49,667 nt of DNA, from positions 1-49,667 of the IMG/VR virus record IMGVR_UViG_3300042445_000915; one strand, written 5' to 3'. The translations under genes were made by a program, and so were the position numbers. Below the pieces are notes generated by a model. That model was not told the DNA's origin, did not search any database, and worked only from the letters and a program-made list of their open reading frames with translations. This stretch comes from a virus. Its lineage: Duplodnaviria; Caudoviricetes. Of this stretch, positions 1-9,478 are shown piece after piece. Each line of letters begins with the position of its first letter. Within the stretch, counting starts at the first letter, position 1.

Positions 1-45
1 TACCTTACCTTCGAATAGGTTTGTTTCTATTAAGAGTGATTTCAT
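1..45 (-). CDS. 5' fragment of probable prohead protease (T4 gp21-like); runs off the window
   Basis: Manual translation MKSLLIETNLFEGKV from ATG at 45. Resembles the N-termini of T4-like prohead proteases and lies downstream of the portal and head genes. Only 15 codons are visible. Confidence 0.45.
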   Translation of the reverse strand, partial: MKSLLIETNLFEGKV

Positions 46-54
46 TTTATATTC

Positions 55-726
55 TTATTTTTTAGATTCCATTTTGCTTCTAATCTTATTAGCAATAGTA
101 CCTAATTGAGTTTTATCAATACCTAAACTATCAACAACTTGTGCTACTAATTGTAATTTTTGAACATTACTAAGTTTAGCATCTTTTATTTTATCAATAG
201 CTTGAGATAATTTCATTTTAATTGTCGATGGAATTGTAGCGGTTGGTAATTCAGTAGATATAGATTCTTTTTTTGAAGCTCTTAAATCTGCTAAATCATC
301 TGCTTCAATGTCACCATCTTTATCAACATCCAATTCTTTTTGCCCACCAACTAATGCTTCGTTCTTTTCACCCTTACCATTCCAAGCAGAATCAATTTTA
401 TTAAAGAATGCTTTCTTTTCATCATCATTCATATCATTGATACCTTTACCTGCTTTATCTAAAGCCTTTTGAAAGAATGCCTGATATTCAGATTCTTCAG
501 TCATTACTTCCTTAACTAATTCTTTTAGTCTTTCTTTAGTGATTTTCATACTTTCTTTTTTATTTGGTAGACCTTTATGTGATGTAGATGCGTAATCCTT
601 TGCATCTTTATCAGTCATACTATCAGCTGCTTTCTCAACTTCTTTAGATGGTGCTTCCATGTCTCCTTTTTGTACTGCATGAACCATACCCATAAATTTT
701 TGTTGTGCTTTAGATACTGCTGGCAT
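55..726 (-). CDS. Head-associated modular protein (DUF3008-like N-terminus, EF-hand-like DxDxDG module)
   Basis: ORF 223 aa; MPAVSKAQQKFMGMVHAVQKG start; LDVDKDGDIEADDL motif; located between portal and putative protease. Confidence 0.6.
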   Translation of the reverse strand: MPAVSKAQQKFMGMVHAVQKGDMEAPSKEVEKAADSMTDKDAKDYASTSHKGLPNKKESMKITKERLKELVKEVMTEESEYQAFFQKALDKAGKGINDMNDDEKKAFFNKIDSAWNGKGEKNEALVGGQKELDVDKDGDIEADDLADLRASKKESISTELPTATIPSTIKMKLSQAIDKIKDAKLSNVQKLQLVAQVVDSLGIDKTQLGTIANKIRSKMESKK

Positions 727-727
727 A

Positions 728-1417
728 TTATAAAGTTCTAATTTTTTCTGAAAGATTCATTAATCTCTCTTTTATTTTATGTAAACTTTTGTGCGTTCTT
801 TTATAGTAATCATCTTTCGTAACACCATTCTCAGTCTTTAACTTTGAATACCAATTAACGAATTTTTCAACTTCACCTAATTGTTGTTTAATAGATGTTA
901 TACCTTTACCTATTTTAGCTTTTGCAGAACCATCTTCTTTTTTTAATGCTACCCAACGATTTTCATTTAAGCTAGCCTCATCATCATCTTTTGCCAATAC
1001 CATACCACTCTTATCTGCAATTTCACCAGAATCACTGCAATCAGTTGCAGTTGGTTTAATTTCTAATGGTTTTTTAGAATTAGCAGGAACATCGTTCTTC
1101 AACCAATCCTTTTCTTCACCAACAACAGTTGCTCCAGATAATTTAGCTAATTTAGCGTTTTTACCAGCAATTTCGGATGGTTTTGAAAATGGTGCACCAG
1201 CACTACTTGTTATTCCTTCTTCTAAATCATCAACAACTTCACCACCAGTTACACTAGCTAATCTTTTATTTTTCTTTGCAGTTTGACCAGGTTTAGAAAA
1301 TGCATTAGGAGTATCATATCCAGCTACATTGCCAGTTACAGACATTTCCTCCAATTCTTTTTCAGATTGGATTTCTTTAACTATACCTCTAATTATTTCT
1401 TTTAATCTATTTGACAT
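728..1417 (-). CDS. Hypothetical head/prohead-core-associated protein with internal duplication
   Basis: ORF 229 aa; two related segments (TPNAFSKPGQTAKKNKRLASVTGGEVV / GAPFSKPSEIAGKNAKLAKLSGATVV); C-terminal coiled coil. Confidence 0.55.
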   Translation of the reverse strand: MSNRLKEIIRGIVKEIQSEKELEEMSVTGNVAGYDTPNAFSKPGQTAKKNKRLASVTGGEVVDDLEEGITSSAGAPFSKPSEIAGKNAKLAKLSGATVVGEEKDWLKNDVPANSKKPLEIKPTATDCSDSGEIADKSGMVLAKDDDEASLNENRWVALKKEDGSAKAKIGKGITSIKQQLGEVEKFVNWYSKLKTENGVTKDDYYKRTHKSLHKIKERLMNLSEKIRTL

Positions 1418-2285
1418 TTACCTTTGATTTTAATTCTTTAATTAATTCATAAGAAAGCATTATAGATGAAACGTTATTATCAGTTACAGTTTTACCAATT
1501 TTCATTTTTTCTAAAACAGAAATAGTTTCTGACAATTTAATTGTAGTTACTTTATCTGATATTTTAGATTTAATTGTTTTTAATTCTTTCACAATTTGTG
1601 GAAGTTCTACTGCTAAATAATCTTTAAATTTAGTTGTATTAGACATGTTATTAATATACTCTTTTAACAAGCCTTTTTGTTTTTCATCTAAATTTGTGTA
1701 TTTTTTATTGAAAGTTTCAACAAGAATCTTATAGGTTAATAATCTTAGGTCTTTATCTTGCTGTTTATAGGTTTCTATTAATTTAGAATCTTCAGTTTTG
1801 TTAGTTTTTACTAAAGGGGGTCTTGAAATTATATTTTCAATAAGAGTTACTTTAGAATTGAATATATCCTTAATATCGTAGTTTTCAGAATTTTTAGATT
1901 CAAATACTTTATATATTGAAGCTAATACTTTATAGTTAGTTATAGGAGAAGATAGAAATTGTTCTAATTCAAATTTCTCATTAATTTTCTTAATAAGATT
2001 ATACTTTTCTTTTACAAGTTTACCTTCGTTTAATTTAGAATGTGCTTGTGATACAGTATCTACAAACATTTCAGCTTTACTTTCAGAATTATATTTTTCT
2101 TTTAATAGTAAATCATAAAGACGTAATTCTTTATTTAATTCAGTACCAGAAGCAAAAAATTCTTTTACAATATTTTTTGCATTTTCTGTCTTATCACCAT
2201 TAAGTACTTCTAATGTTATCTGTCTTACTAAAAGCTCAAATAACACTCCAGTATTCTTAACCTTAGAATGTTTTATTTTTTTCAT
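1407..2285 (-). CDS. Hypothetical helical protein in head module
   Basis: ORF 292 aa directly downstream of portal; overlaps next gene by 11 nt. Confidence 0.6.
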   Translation of the reverse strand: MKKIKHSKVKNTGVLFELLVRQITLEVLNGDKTENAKNIVKEFFASGTELNKELRLYDLLLKEKYNSESKAEMFVDTVSQAHSKLNEGKLVKEKYNLIKKINEKFELEQFLSSPITNYKVLASIYKVFESKNSENYDIKDIFNSKVTLIENIISRPPLVKTNKTEDSKLIETYKQQDKDLRLLTYKILVETFNKKYTNLDEKQKGLLKEYINNMSNTTKFKDYLAVELPQIVKELKTIKSKISDKVTTIKLSETISVLEKMKIGKTVTDNNVSSIMLSYELIKELKSKVNVK

Positions 2286-2326
2286 TTATTTCCCTATATT
2301 TAACCTAATGTCTATAAACTAACACA

Positions 2327-2335
2327 TATAAATAT
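2327..2335 (-). promoter_or_regulatory. Putative late promoter motif ATATTTATA
   Basis: Recurrent intergenic motif, 41 nt upstream of ATG at 2285. Confidence 0.55.
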
Positions 2336-2352
2336 AAACTTTTTAATGTTTA

Positions 2353-4131
2353 TTAAAATTTGGTGTCATCTAACAGGTTATTTTCATCTAAAAGGTCAGA
2401 TTTTTCCGTTTTTTCACTTAAAATCTTCTTTTTTGCTGAAATTCCGTTAATATATTCACGTGCCAATTTTTTACTTGATTCGATTGAACGAGTTTCTCTT
2501 TTACGTTCTTTCTCATTTTCTTTATTTCCCAATGGGTCTCTACCATATGGATGTTTATCTTTACCATAAGTATTACCTTCTTTTGGTCTACCACCTTTAT
2601 TATCAACAATCTCCTGCTTCATTTTTTCAATCTCCTCCTCTACATTTTGTTGTTCAGGTGGATTTGCTGGGTCTTGTCCTTGCTGTTCAATTGAATTGTA
2701 TCTGAAACGGTCTTTAAGGTCTAATATCATCTTAGCTCTTTCAGTATCCATCTCATCCTCACTTATACCAAATATATTATGATATACCCAATCAGTAGAT
2801 AACATATTCATTCCTTTGATATCCGTTGCTAATCTCACTTTCTCACTCCATAAGTTTACTTTCTCTTGCTCATATATTGTAGATGAATTAGTTAAAGTAA
2901 GTTGGAAGTTTGTCATTTCTGCATCATCAATACCTTGTCCAGCTAAGTGAACGATTGCTATTTTATATAATTCACTAACGATTGTTCTTTGAATTCTTTC
3001 GATAGTTCTAGCAAAACGAACATCTTCTGCAGCTAATGTAGCCTTACCATTAACATTCTCATCATAAGATAAGTAAGCCTTTGGAACTTTTAATGCGGCA
3101 AATAATTTAGCTTTTAAATAATCAATATCTTCAACTGCTGCATAATCTAAACCAGCTAAGTTTTCAATTGATGTACCACTATCTCCACCTCTAACAGGTA
3201 AGAAAAAGTCTTCAGTAAGATTCTGAATATTATATTTTAAGTTGTAGTCACCACTATTTTTATCAACAAACGGAGTTTTCTTCATTTTGTTGATAATTTT
3301 TTGCATATAGTTATCAACCTCTTGTGGATTAATATTACCAATATCAATTTTGAACACTCTTTTTTCAGGAGCTCTCATAATACGATGGATTAACATCGCA
3401 TCTTCCATAAGTGATAATTGCTTCCAAACTCTACGACCATTTTCAATCATAGCTTTACCATATGGTAGAAAGTTTGTATCTGAAAGTAAACGGAAGTGAG
3501 CCATTTCATAGTTCTCATATTCCTTCTTACCAAATCTATCTAATTCAACTTTAAACTTAACATAGTTTTGATTAGCTGGGTCAGTACCCTCTAATCTTTC
3601 AGTATTATATACTGAATATGGAGTTACATTTATAATACCTTTACCTTCTGCTATTTCTAATGCTAAAAAGAAATCACCATATTTTACCAAGTTTCTTACC
3701 CAAGGCCATAAATTGAATTCTATATTAACTACATCATAAAATAAGTTATGAAGTATTGCACTTACATTCTCATTTGATGATTTAATTTGTAATACATCAC
3801 CATATTCATTTTTTGTAGTAGATTCATCAGCGTATATATCCAATGCTGATGCTATAATTGGGTCATTATCCATAGCATCATAATCTCTAAAAAGTTCTCT
3901 ACGAACTTGATGATATGCCATTGATTGTGCACCCTGATTAGTCTCATAATAAGACCTTTGTAACTTTGTATATCTATCTCTAAGATTTACGAAGTTTGTA
4001 TTCATTTGGCGGTCATCAGTATCAACAACCTTACGTTTACCATCTTTATCAACAGTTACGATAGCTTGGGTTGAGAATAACTTCTTTAACCTACCAAAAA
4101 AACTTCTATCATCTAATTCTTGTTCTGCCAT
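2353..4131 (-). CDS. Portal protein (T4 gp20-like)
   Basis: 592 aa; gp20-family motifs LMEDAMLIHRIMRAPEKRVFKIDIGN, EDFFLPVRGG, LFAALKVPK, EDVRFARTIERIQ; adjacent to terminase. Confidence 0.95.
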   Translation of the reverse strand: MAEQELDDRSFFGRLKKLFSTQAIVTVDKDGKRKVVDTDDRQMNTNFVNLRDRYTKLQRSYYETNQGAQSMAYHQVRRELFRDYDAMDNDPIIASALDIYADESTTKNEYGDVLQIKSSNENVSAILHNLFYDVVNIEFNLWPWVRNLVKYGDFFLALEIAEGKGIINVTPYSVYNTERLEGTDPANQNYVKFKVELDRFGKKEYENYEMAHFRLLSDTNFLPYGKAMIENGRRVWKQLSLMEDAMLIHRIMRAPEKRVFKIDIGNINPQEVDNYMQKIINKMKKTPFVDKNSGDYNLKYNIQNLTEDFFLPVRGGDSGTSIENLAGLDYAAVEDIDYLKAKLFAALKVPKAYLSYDENVNGKATLAAEDVRFARTIERIQRTIVSELYKIAIVHLAGQGIDDAEMTNFQLTLTNSSTIYEQEKVNLWSEKVRLATDIKGMNMLSTDWVYHNIFGISEDEMDTERAKMILDLKDRFRYNSIEQQGQDPANPPEQQNVEEEIEKMKQEIVDNKGGRPKEGNTYGKDKHPYGRDPLGNKENEKERKRETRSIESSKKLAREYINGISAKKKILSEKTEKSDLLDENNLLDDTKF

Positions 4132-4176
4132 AATTTATTATTAATTTCTACAAAATCCTATTTTGACATTATATAA

Positions 4177-4185
4177 CATAAATAT
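4177..4185 (-). promoter_or_regulatory. Putative late promoter motif variant ATATTTATG
   Basis: 45 nt upstream of portal ATG. Confidence 0.45.
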
Positions 4186-4202
4186 CGTAAAATATCAAAA
4201 CA

Positions 4203-5798
4203 CTACAACCATTCGGATAAATCTTCAAATCCATCGCCAACTCTCATTTTCCAAGGGTTATCATCTCTACCACTTCCACCACCATAAATACCATTATAAG
4301 TATTTGATGTAATACCACCAACCGCACTTTTAGTTAAATCAATACCTTCTTGTCTTAATCTAAGTGCGGTATCTCTAACCCATAATCCTATTGAAAATGC
4401 CATTGTCAAATCATCATTATAACCTTTCATAGCCTCTGCTCTACCATTCATATAGATAAATGTGAATAACTCATCTATTAAACGAGAAGAACGAACTATA
4501 ACTGATTTCTCTCTGAAGTAATCGGTTAATTTAGATATGATTAAAGGTCTAGTCTTAGAAGTAGTTGAAAATCCAGCTACCAATCCTCTTTCTTCTGACC
4601 TGTATTTATTTGTCATTTGATGTTGGATATCAATATACTTTAAATCCTTACTCATATAAAATAAGTTTTTATATCCTCTATCAATTACTTGCTGAATTGT
4701 TGCCCAACCAATATTAGCGTTCTCCACAACAAGCAAAGCATCATTGTATTCGGTTGAAAGTGCTACTAAGAAATTTCCAAAATCCTTTGTATCAACTTTA
4801 CCTTTATATTCCGCAACTTGAGTTGCGTTTACAATATCAATTACATGGCAGGTAGAGTAATCCCCACCATCACCTCTGGCCACATCAGCCACAACCATAT
4901 AAGATTTATTATAATCAGCATGTTCCCATTTCCAAAGGTTTCCATCAAATCCACCTTTCTCAATTGGGTCCTGAATGTATGTTTCTTTATAGAACATTAG
5001 GGTTTCGGGTTCAATTACAGTTTCACCAGAACTTACAAAATCACAATCACACTCTTGCGCTGCTTTCTTTAATCCCAATAATTCCTCTTGCTGGTCTCTC
5101 CATTTTTGGTCTCTCTCAGGATGTACTGTCCAATGCAATCTGATTGTATTAAATGGATTTCTACTTTCTTCAGCTCCTAACCAAGTTTGGTGAAACCAAT
5201 TACCCACACCATTTGGAGTAGAAAGGGCAATACAACTACCACCCGTTGAAAGTGTTGATTGAGCTGCCACCCAAATCTCATCAATATCATCAATGAAAGC
5301 GGCCTCATCAAATATTAGAAGTGATAATGCTTCAGAACGTCCTGCATCAGGAGAACTAGCAATAGCCTTAATTTGAGAACCATTATTTAAACGAAGGGAA
5401 AGTTTGTTATCTTCCATAGACCCGTTCTTAAGCCAACTAGGAAGTAATTCATGCATCACTCTAACCTTTGTTACTAAGTTCTTTGCAACATCTTGTTTTG
5501 TTGCAATAACCAATACGTTAAAATCACCATTGAATATCATTTTCCAAAGTGCATATCCAGCCGATAGGGTTGAAATACCAGTTTGACGTGATTTTAGAAC
5601 TATATTAAATCTATTACTTGCGAATTGTGTTAGAGTCTTTTCCTGAAATGGAAATAGGTGAAATGGTATCTTACCTCTCACCGGATGCTGAATCATACAA
5701 TACTTTTTCATAAAGTGTATTGGGTCAGTAGCACACTTTTTGTATTCTTCTGCAATAATCTCTTTTAGAGATTTTTTTTGTGTTATACCAGTACTCAT
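4203..5798 (-). CDS. terL: Terminase large subunit (T4 gp17-like)
   Basis: 531 aa; Walker A-like KSRQTGIST, Walker B LLIFDEAAF, coupling motif STPNG, RNase H-type nuclease ADVARG...DYS and NDDLTMA. Confidence 0.96.
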   Translation of the reverse strand: MSTGITQKKSLKEIIAEEYKKCATDPIHFMKKYCMIQHPVRGKIPFHLFPFQEKTLTQFASNRFNIVLKSRQTGISTLSAGYALWKMIFNGDFNVLVIATKQDVAKNLVTKVRVMHELLPSWLKNGSMEDNKLSLRLNNGSQIKAIASSPDAGRSEALSLLIFDEAAFIDDIDEIWVAAQSTLSTGGSCIALSTPNGVGNWFHQTWLGAEESRNPFNTIRLHWTVHPERDQKWRDQQEELLGLKKAAQECDCDFVSSGETVIEPETLMFYKETYIQDPIEKGGFDGNLWKWEHADYNKSYMVVADVARGDGGDYSTCHVIDIVNATQVAEYKGKVDTKDFGNFLVALSTEYNDALLVVENANIGWATIQQVIDRGYKNLFYMSKDLKYIDIQHQMTNKYRSEERGLVAGFSTTSKTRPLIISKLTDYFREKSVIVRSSRLIDELFTFIYMNGRAEAMKGYNDDLTMAFSIGLWVRDTALRLRQEGIDLTKSAVGGITSNTYNGIYGGGSGRDDNPWKMRVGDGFEDLSEWL

Positions 5799-5799
5799 A

Positions 5800-6483
5800 C
5801 TAATCGTTAAGTGGTCTTACTAAATCGTAATTTTTATCTTTTAATTTATCGTAAGCCTCATTTCTTAGTTTTGTAGCCTGTTCAATCTCACCTTCAAATT
5901 TAACAATCTCCAAAAGGATTTCTGCTTTAAGTTCTTCAACATCTCTCTCCATACTCCAAGTTTCAATCTTGCCATCTTCTTGAACTACTTCATATGTTTG
6001 TTTAGCATCTTTGTATGCTTGTTTAAATTGAGCCACTACATCGTTACCATATGCAATCATATTAGAAAATATTTTATAATCTTCATAGGCTTCCCACAAT
6101 CCATCATATTTTATTTGGGCTTCTCTTAATGTAAGACAATGTAAACAATATCCAGTTTTAGATATTAACTTTTTATCAACTCTACCTATTTTGATTGTTT
6201 TACACTTATCCGATTTACAAGTGTTTAACTTATCTAAGTAAGCTCTTGTTTCGGCCATTATATCACCCAATTCTGATGTTTGTACTTTACCTGCTTCTAA
6301 TTGCTCCCAAGACTTACCATCTTCATCAGTCCATTTTTCACCAACTTTACGTTTTATAATTTCTTTATCTGCTCCAGAAAATGAAATAAATGATTCTTTT
6401 TCATATTCAGCACCATGCATTACCATATCTACCAACTTTCTACGCGTTGGGTGCATAAACTTTTTATTGAATTCCTTTGCCAT
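5800..6483 (-). CDS. Hypothetical protein with putative Zn-binding cysteines, immediately upstream of terL
   Basis: 227 aa; CKSDKC...GYCLHC; helical C-terminus; ends 1 nt before terL start. Confidence 0.6.
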   Translation of the reverse strand: MAKEFNKKFMHPTRRKLVDMVMHGAEYEKESFISFSGADKEIIKRKVGEKWTDEDGKSWEQLEAGKVQTSELGDIMAETRAYLDKLNTCKSDKCKTIKIGRVDKKLISKTGYCLHCLTLREAQIKYDGLWEAYEDYKIFSNMIAYGNDVVAQFKQAYKDAKQTYEVVQEDGKIETWSMERDVEELKAEILLEIVKFEGEIEQATKLRNEAYDKLKDKNYDLVRPLND

Positions 6484-6506
6484 ATTACTTACGATATATT
6501 TGTATA

Positions 6507-6515
6507 TATAAGTAT
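6507..6515 (-). promoter_or_regulatory. Putative late promoter motif variant ATACTTATA
   Basis: 23 nt upstream of ATG at 6483. Confidence 0.5.
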
Positions 6516-6534
6516 ATCAAAATTCAGAAAACGA

Positions 6535-9444
6535 TTATTTATCGAAAAATATTCCTAAAATTTGATTTAGGGGTGCGAATGCACCTGTTAATTTGTAAGT
6601 GTTACCACCATAGACAAATACAATACCTTCATTTGGTACAATTTTTTCAAATCCACCAAGTGCATTTAAGCGAGATAATTCTAATTTTAATTTTTCAATT
6701 TTCTTAGGGTCTCCACTTGCTTTTACTTGAGATATAGTTGATTGTAAACGAGCTACCATTTGTCTTTTAGCACTATCAGGGTTTGCTGTAAGAACCGAGT
6801 CCATAAAGGATAATACATCCGCACCAACTCCTAAAAATATCTCCTCAAATCTCATTAGGTTTTGCTTTCCTATTTTTTGTTGGTCCTGCTTATCAGTTTG
6901 GTCAGCCCAAGCTCTTATCTTGTCATCAGTTATTGTTGCTATACGGAAACTCTTGTCACCAAAAGCCCATCTCTTAACTAATCCTATTTTTTGTTGATAA
7001 TCTAATTTCTTAGCTTTCTTTTCTACAAAGTCAGTCCACCAAGCTTGGTGATAATCAGCAACACCATCCGAATCATGTAATGCAAATTCAGATTGTAATT
7101 TAGAAATCATTCCTAAATACTTCCCTTGCAATTTAGAAAGGTGTTCTGATTTAGGAAGTTTGCTTATTGGAGGTCCTTGTATTGTGTACTTAGATTGAAC
7201 ATGTGCATTTACTTGCTTAATCATACCACCTAATATAGATGCCGCTTGTTGGTTCTCACCTACAATAGTACCATCGATATCATAATCAAATGTACCATGA
7301 AATACCAATAGGGGTTGATTGTAAGGGATTACATTTACAGAGGTTGGATATATTACTTCCAAATTCATAAACGAACTACCATCCTTAAATATCTTCTTAC
7401 GTTGAGATTCTGATAGGGCTGCAATTGCTTTAGATAAATCTTGCATAGCGAAGTTATAAGCATCGGTTAATCCACCTCTACCAGCAAACTTATCTGCTAC
7501 TTGTCCTATTGTCATAGCACCAGCCCCTTTGTTCTTTAGGTGTGATTTGTTACGAGCCGCAACCAATCTCCCATTTACCCAACTAACTGCCAATGCCTGT
7601 CCATCAGTCTTCTCTCTTGCTAATTCTAAATCACCATTAAGTGCTCTTACCACAATTTGTTTTAAATCACCAAATGTAAGATTCATTTCAATATCAAACG
7701 GATGATTCATATGTCCATAAGCCCCACCTTCTAATAATAATGATTCGTTTACTGATTCTTTCTTTAATGAATCTATTTGTTTTTTAAGTTTGTCTATCTC
7801 AGCTCTAACTTTCATTTGTGCCGGAGACATTGGCATCATCTTAAAAGCCTTATTATATAATACTACAAGTTCTTTCTCTAAATCTTTTAATCCTTCGTTT
7901 GTTGGATTTTCTATTTTAGCTAACTTATCGTAATACTTAGGGTCTTCAAATAAATGGTCTAATGCTATTTCTTTTGCAATCTCTCTATCGGTTGTATGTT
8001 CCATTTCAACTGATATTCCTTTTTTAAATTGAGCTACCATAATATCAACACTAACACCATGCTTCTCCGCAATATCGTTTAGTGTCAATCCTTTTGCCAA
8101 ACCACCAGGAATATTATCTTCATCAATTTCTTCATAACCACTCATTCCTTTGTTGTTAAGTTTCTTACTAACCTTCTTAACATCATCAGCTTTTGGTGCT
8201 CCATTAATATATCCACCCGGCAAACTTAAACCTACACCAGCTCCACCACCAAGTCCCATCTCATCTAATATAGAATCAAAATCGGAAACTATTTCTTTAA
8301 TATCTTCTTTTGAAATTATTGTATTTTTTTGATTATCAGGCAATTCCCAAAATCTTTTAGGTTTTTCGTTAGGATTTTCTCTATATGCATCCTGCCAGTC
8401 TTCTACCTTAAATGGGTCATCGGCTGGGTTTAATGTACTTTGTGTTACATTTTTAAGTTTATAATATGCTTTTCTGAATTGAGTTTCTGTATCTTTTGAT
8501 TTTCCCCTACCTCTCATAGCGTCTGCTTTAGGAGTATCCATTTGAGTATATCCACCTTGCTTATACCAACCTTCAGGCTTAGCTTTATTCAATATTCTAG
8601 GTTGTCCATCTGCTACAAATGATGTATCAGGCTCATCTTGTCCTCTAAACCCACCATTGGATGCAGTTTCTTTTAAGTTTTCTTTTTTAGGTATTCTGAA
8701 TGTTACTGCCTTTTTACCATTAATTGTTGGCATTCCCCATTCATCTTCACCTATTGATTTAACAACTACTTTTTTGTTTTTAAATTTACCCATTAACAAA
8801 GTATCACCAACTTTTACGTTTAGTTTAATTTCTTCATTAATACATTCTTTTAATCCCTTTAACTTAAGAGTAATTAATTTGAATATTTGAGAATCAAATT
8901 TAGGATAAGCTTTTGTGAAGTTTTTCTTTCTATCATCTGAACTACCAGCACTTAACCAATAACGAACATCAGTACCACTAATAGGATTTGATTGTGCCGG
9001 CGAAGCGTACACATATCCTTTATCTAAATATCCTTGCTCTACCTTACCTTTATATGGAGTGAAGTATTTACCGCTTAAACGATTTTGGTCCTTCTCACCT
9101 ACTACAACTATTAAACCAGTTGTATCAGAATCATACTTATTTAGTATTTCTTCCGGCGCATATGGATTTTTAATATTAACGATTTTAGATGATGGTATTC
9201 CAAACATCTGCATCATTATTGCTTTTTTTTCCTTAAAATTAAATGGAGATTTTTTTGAATCGGTAACATTAGAAGTTCCGATATATACACTATCCTTACC
9301 GAATTTGCGTACTAAGTTTTCATAGGTTGCGTAGTGTCCCTTATGAAATGGTTGAAAGCGGCCCGAATAGACAACAACTACTTTGTCCATTTGAGCCGCT
9401 TCTCCCAATATTGTTTCTACTAAAAACTTTTCTAATCCTTTCAT
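6535..9444 (-). CDS. Multi-module protein: N-terminal HxGH nucleotidyltransferase (NMNAT/cytidylyltransferase-like), DUF5661-like module, C-terminal ATP-dependent ligase-like (DUF6267-like) domain
   Basis: 969 aa; GRFQPFHKGH, SPFNFKEK, ISGTDVR (NadM-like); IPGGLA...VEMEHT...IALDHLFEDPKYYDKL; ligase-type motifs EKTDG, NLEVI, VFHG, NEGIVF, YKLTG. Confidence 0.75.
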   Translation of the reverse strand: MKGLEKFLVETILGEAAQMDKVVVVYSGRFQPFHKGHYATYENLVRKFGKDSVYIGTSNVTDSKKSPFNFKEKKAIMMQMFGIPSSKIVNIKNPYAPEEILNKYDSDTTGLIVVVGEKDQNRLSGKYFTPYKGKVEQGYLDKGYVYASPAQSNPISGTDVRYWLSAGSSDDRKKNFTKAYPKFDSQIFKLITLKLKGLKECINEEIKLNVKVGDTLLMGKFKNKKVVVKSIGEDEWGMPTINGKKAVTFRIPKKENLKETASNGGFRGQDEPDTSFVADGQPRILNKAKPEGWYKQGGYTQMDTPKADAMRGRGKSKDTETQFRKAYYKLKNVTQSTLNPADDPFKVEDWQDAYRENPNEKPKRFWELPDNQKNTIISKEDIKEIVSDFDSILDEMGLGGGAGVGLSLPGGYINGAPKADDVKKVSKKLNNKGMSGYEEIDEDNIPGGLAKGLTLNDIAEKHGVSVDIMVAQFKKGISVEMEHTTDREIAKEIALDHLFEDPKYYDKLAKIENPTNEGLKDLEKELVVLYNKAFKMMPMSPAQMKVRAEIDKLKKQIDSLKKESVNESLLLEGGAYGHMNHPFDIEMNLTFGDLKQIVVRALNGDLELAREKTDGQALAVSWVNGRLVAARNKSHLKNKGAGAMTIGQVADKFAGRGGLTDAYNFAMQDLSKAIAALSESQRKKIFKDGSSFMNLEVIYPTSVNVIPYNQPLLVFHGTFDYDIDGTIVGENQQAASILGGMIKQVNAHVQSKYTIQGPPISKLPKSEHLSKLQGKYLGMISKLQSEFALHDSDGVADYHQAWWTDFVEKKAKKLDYQQKIGLVKRWAFGDKSFRIATITDDKIRAWADQTDKQDQQKIGKQNLMRFEEIFLGVGADVLSFMDSVLTANPDSAKRQMVARLQSTISQVKASGDPKKIEKLKLELSRLNALGGFEKIVPNEGIVFVYGGNTYKLTGAFAPLNQILGIFFDK

Positions 9445-9448
9445 ATCA

Positions 9449-9457
9449 TATAAATAT
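9449..9457 (-). promoter_or_regulatory. Putative late promoter motif ATATTTATA
   Basis: Only 4 nt upstream of ATG at 9444. Confidence 0.45.
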
Positions 9458-9478
9458 TGAGGATTAATCTTTTAGAAA

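Noticed and set aside
2353-5798. Intein or group I intron in portal/terminase
   Set aside because: Both ORFs are uninterrupted and of ordinary length, with no intein splice or LAGLIDADG motifs.
6535-9444. HxGH domain as the ADP-heptose-forming adenylyltransferase (HldE/RfaE) supplying the TibC-like enzyme
   Set aside because: Motifs (GRFQPFHKGH, SPF, ISGTDVR) match the NadM/NMNAT type rather than RfaE (GCFDILHxGH), and the gene has a different promoter class. Proximity alone is insufficient.
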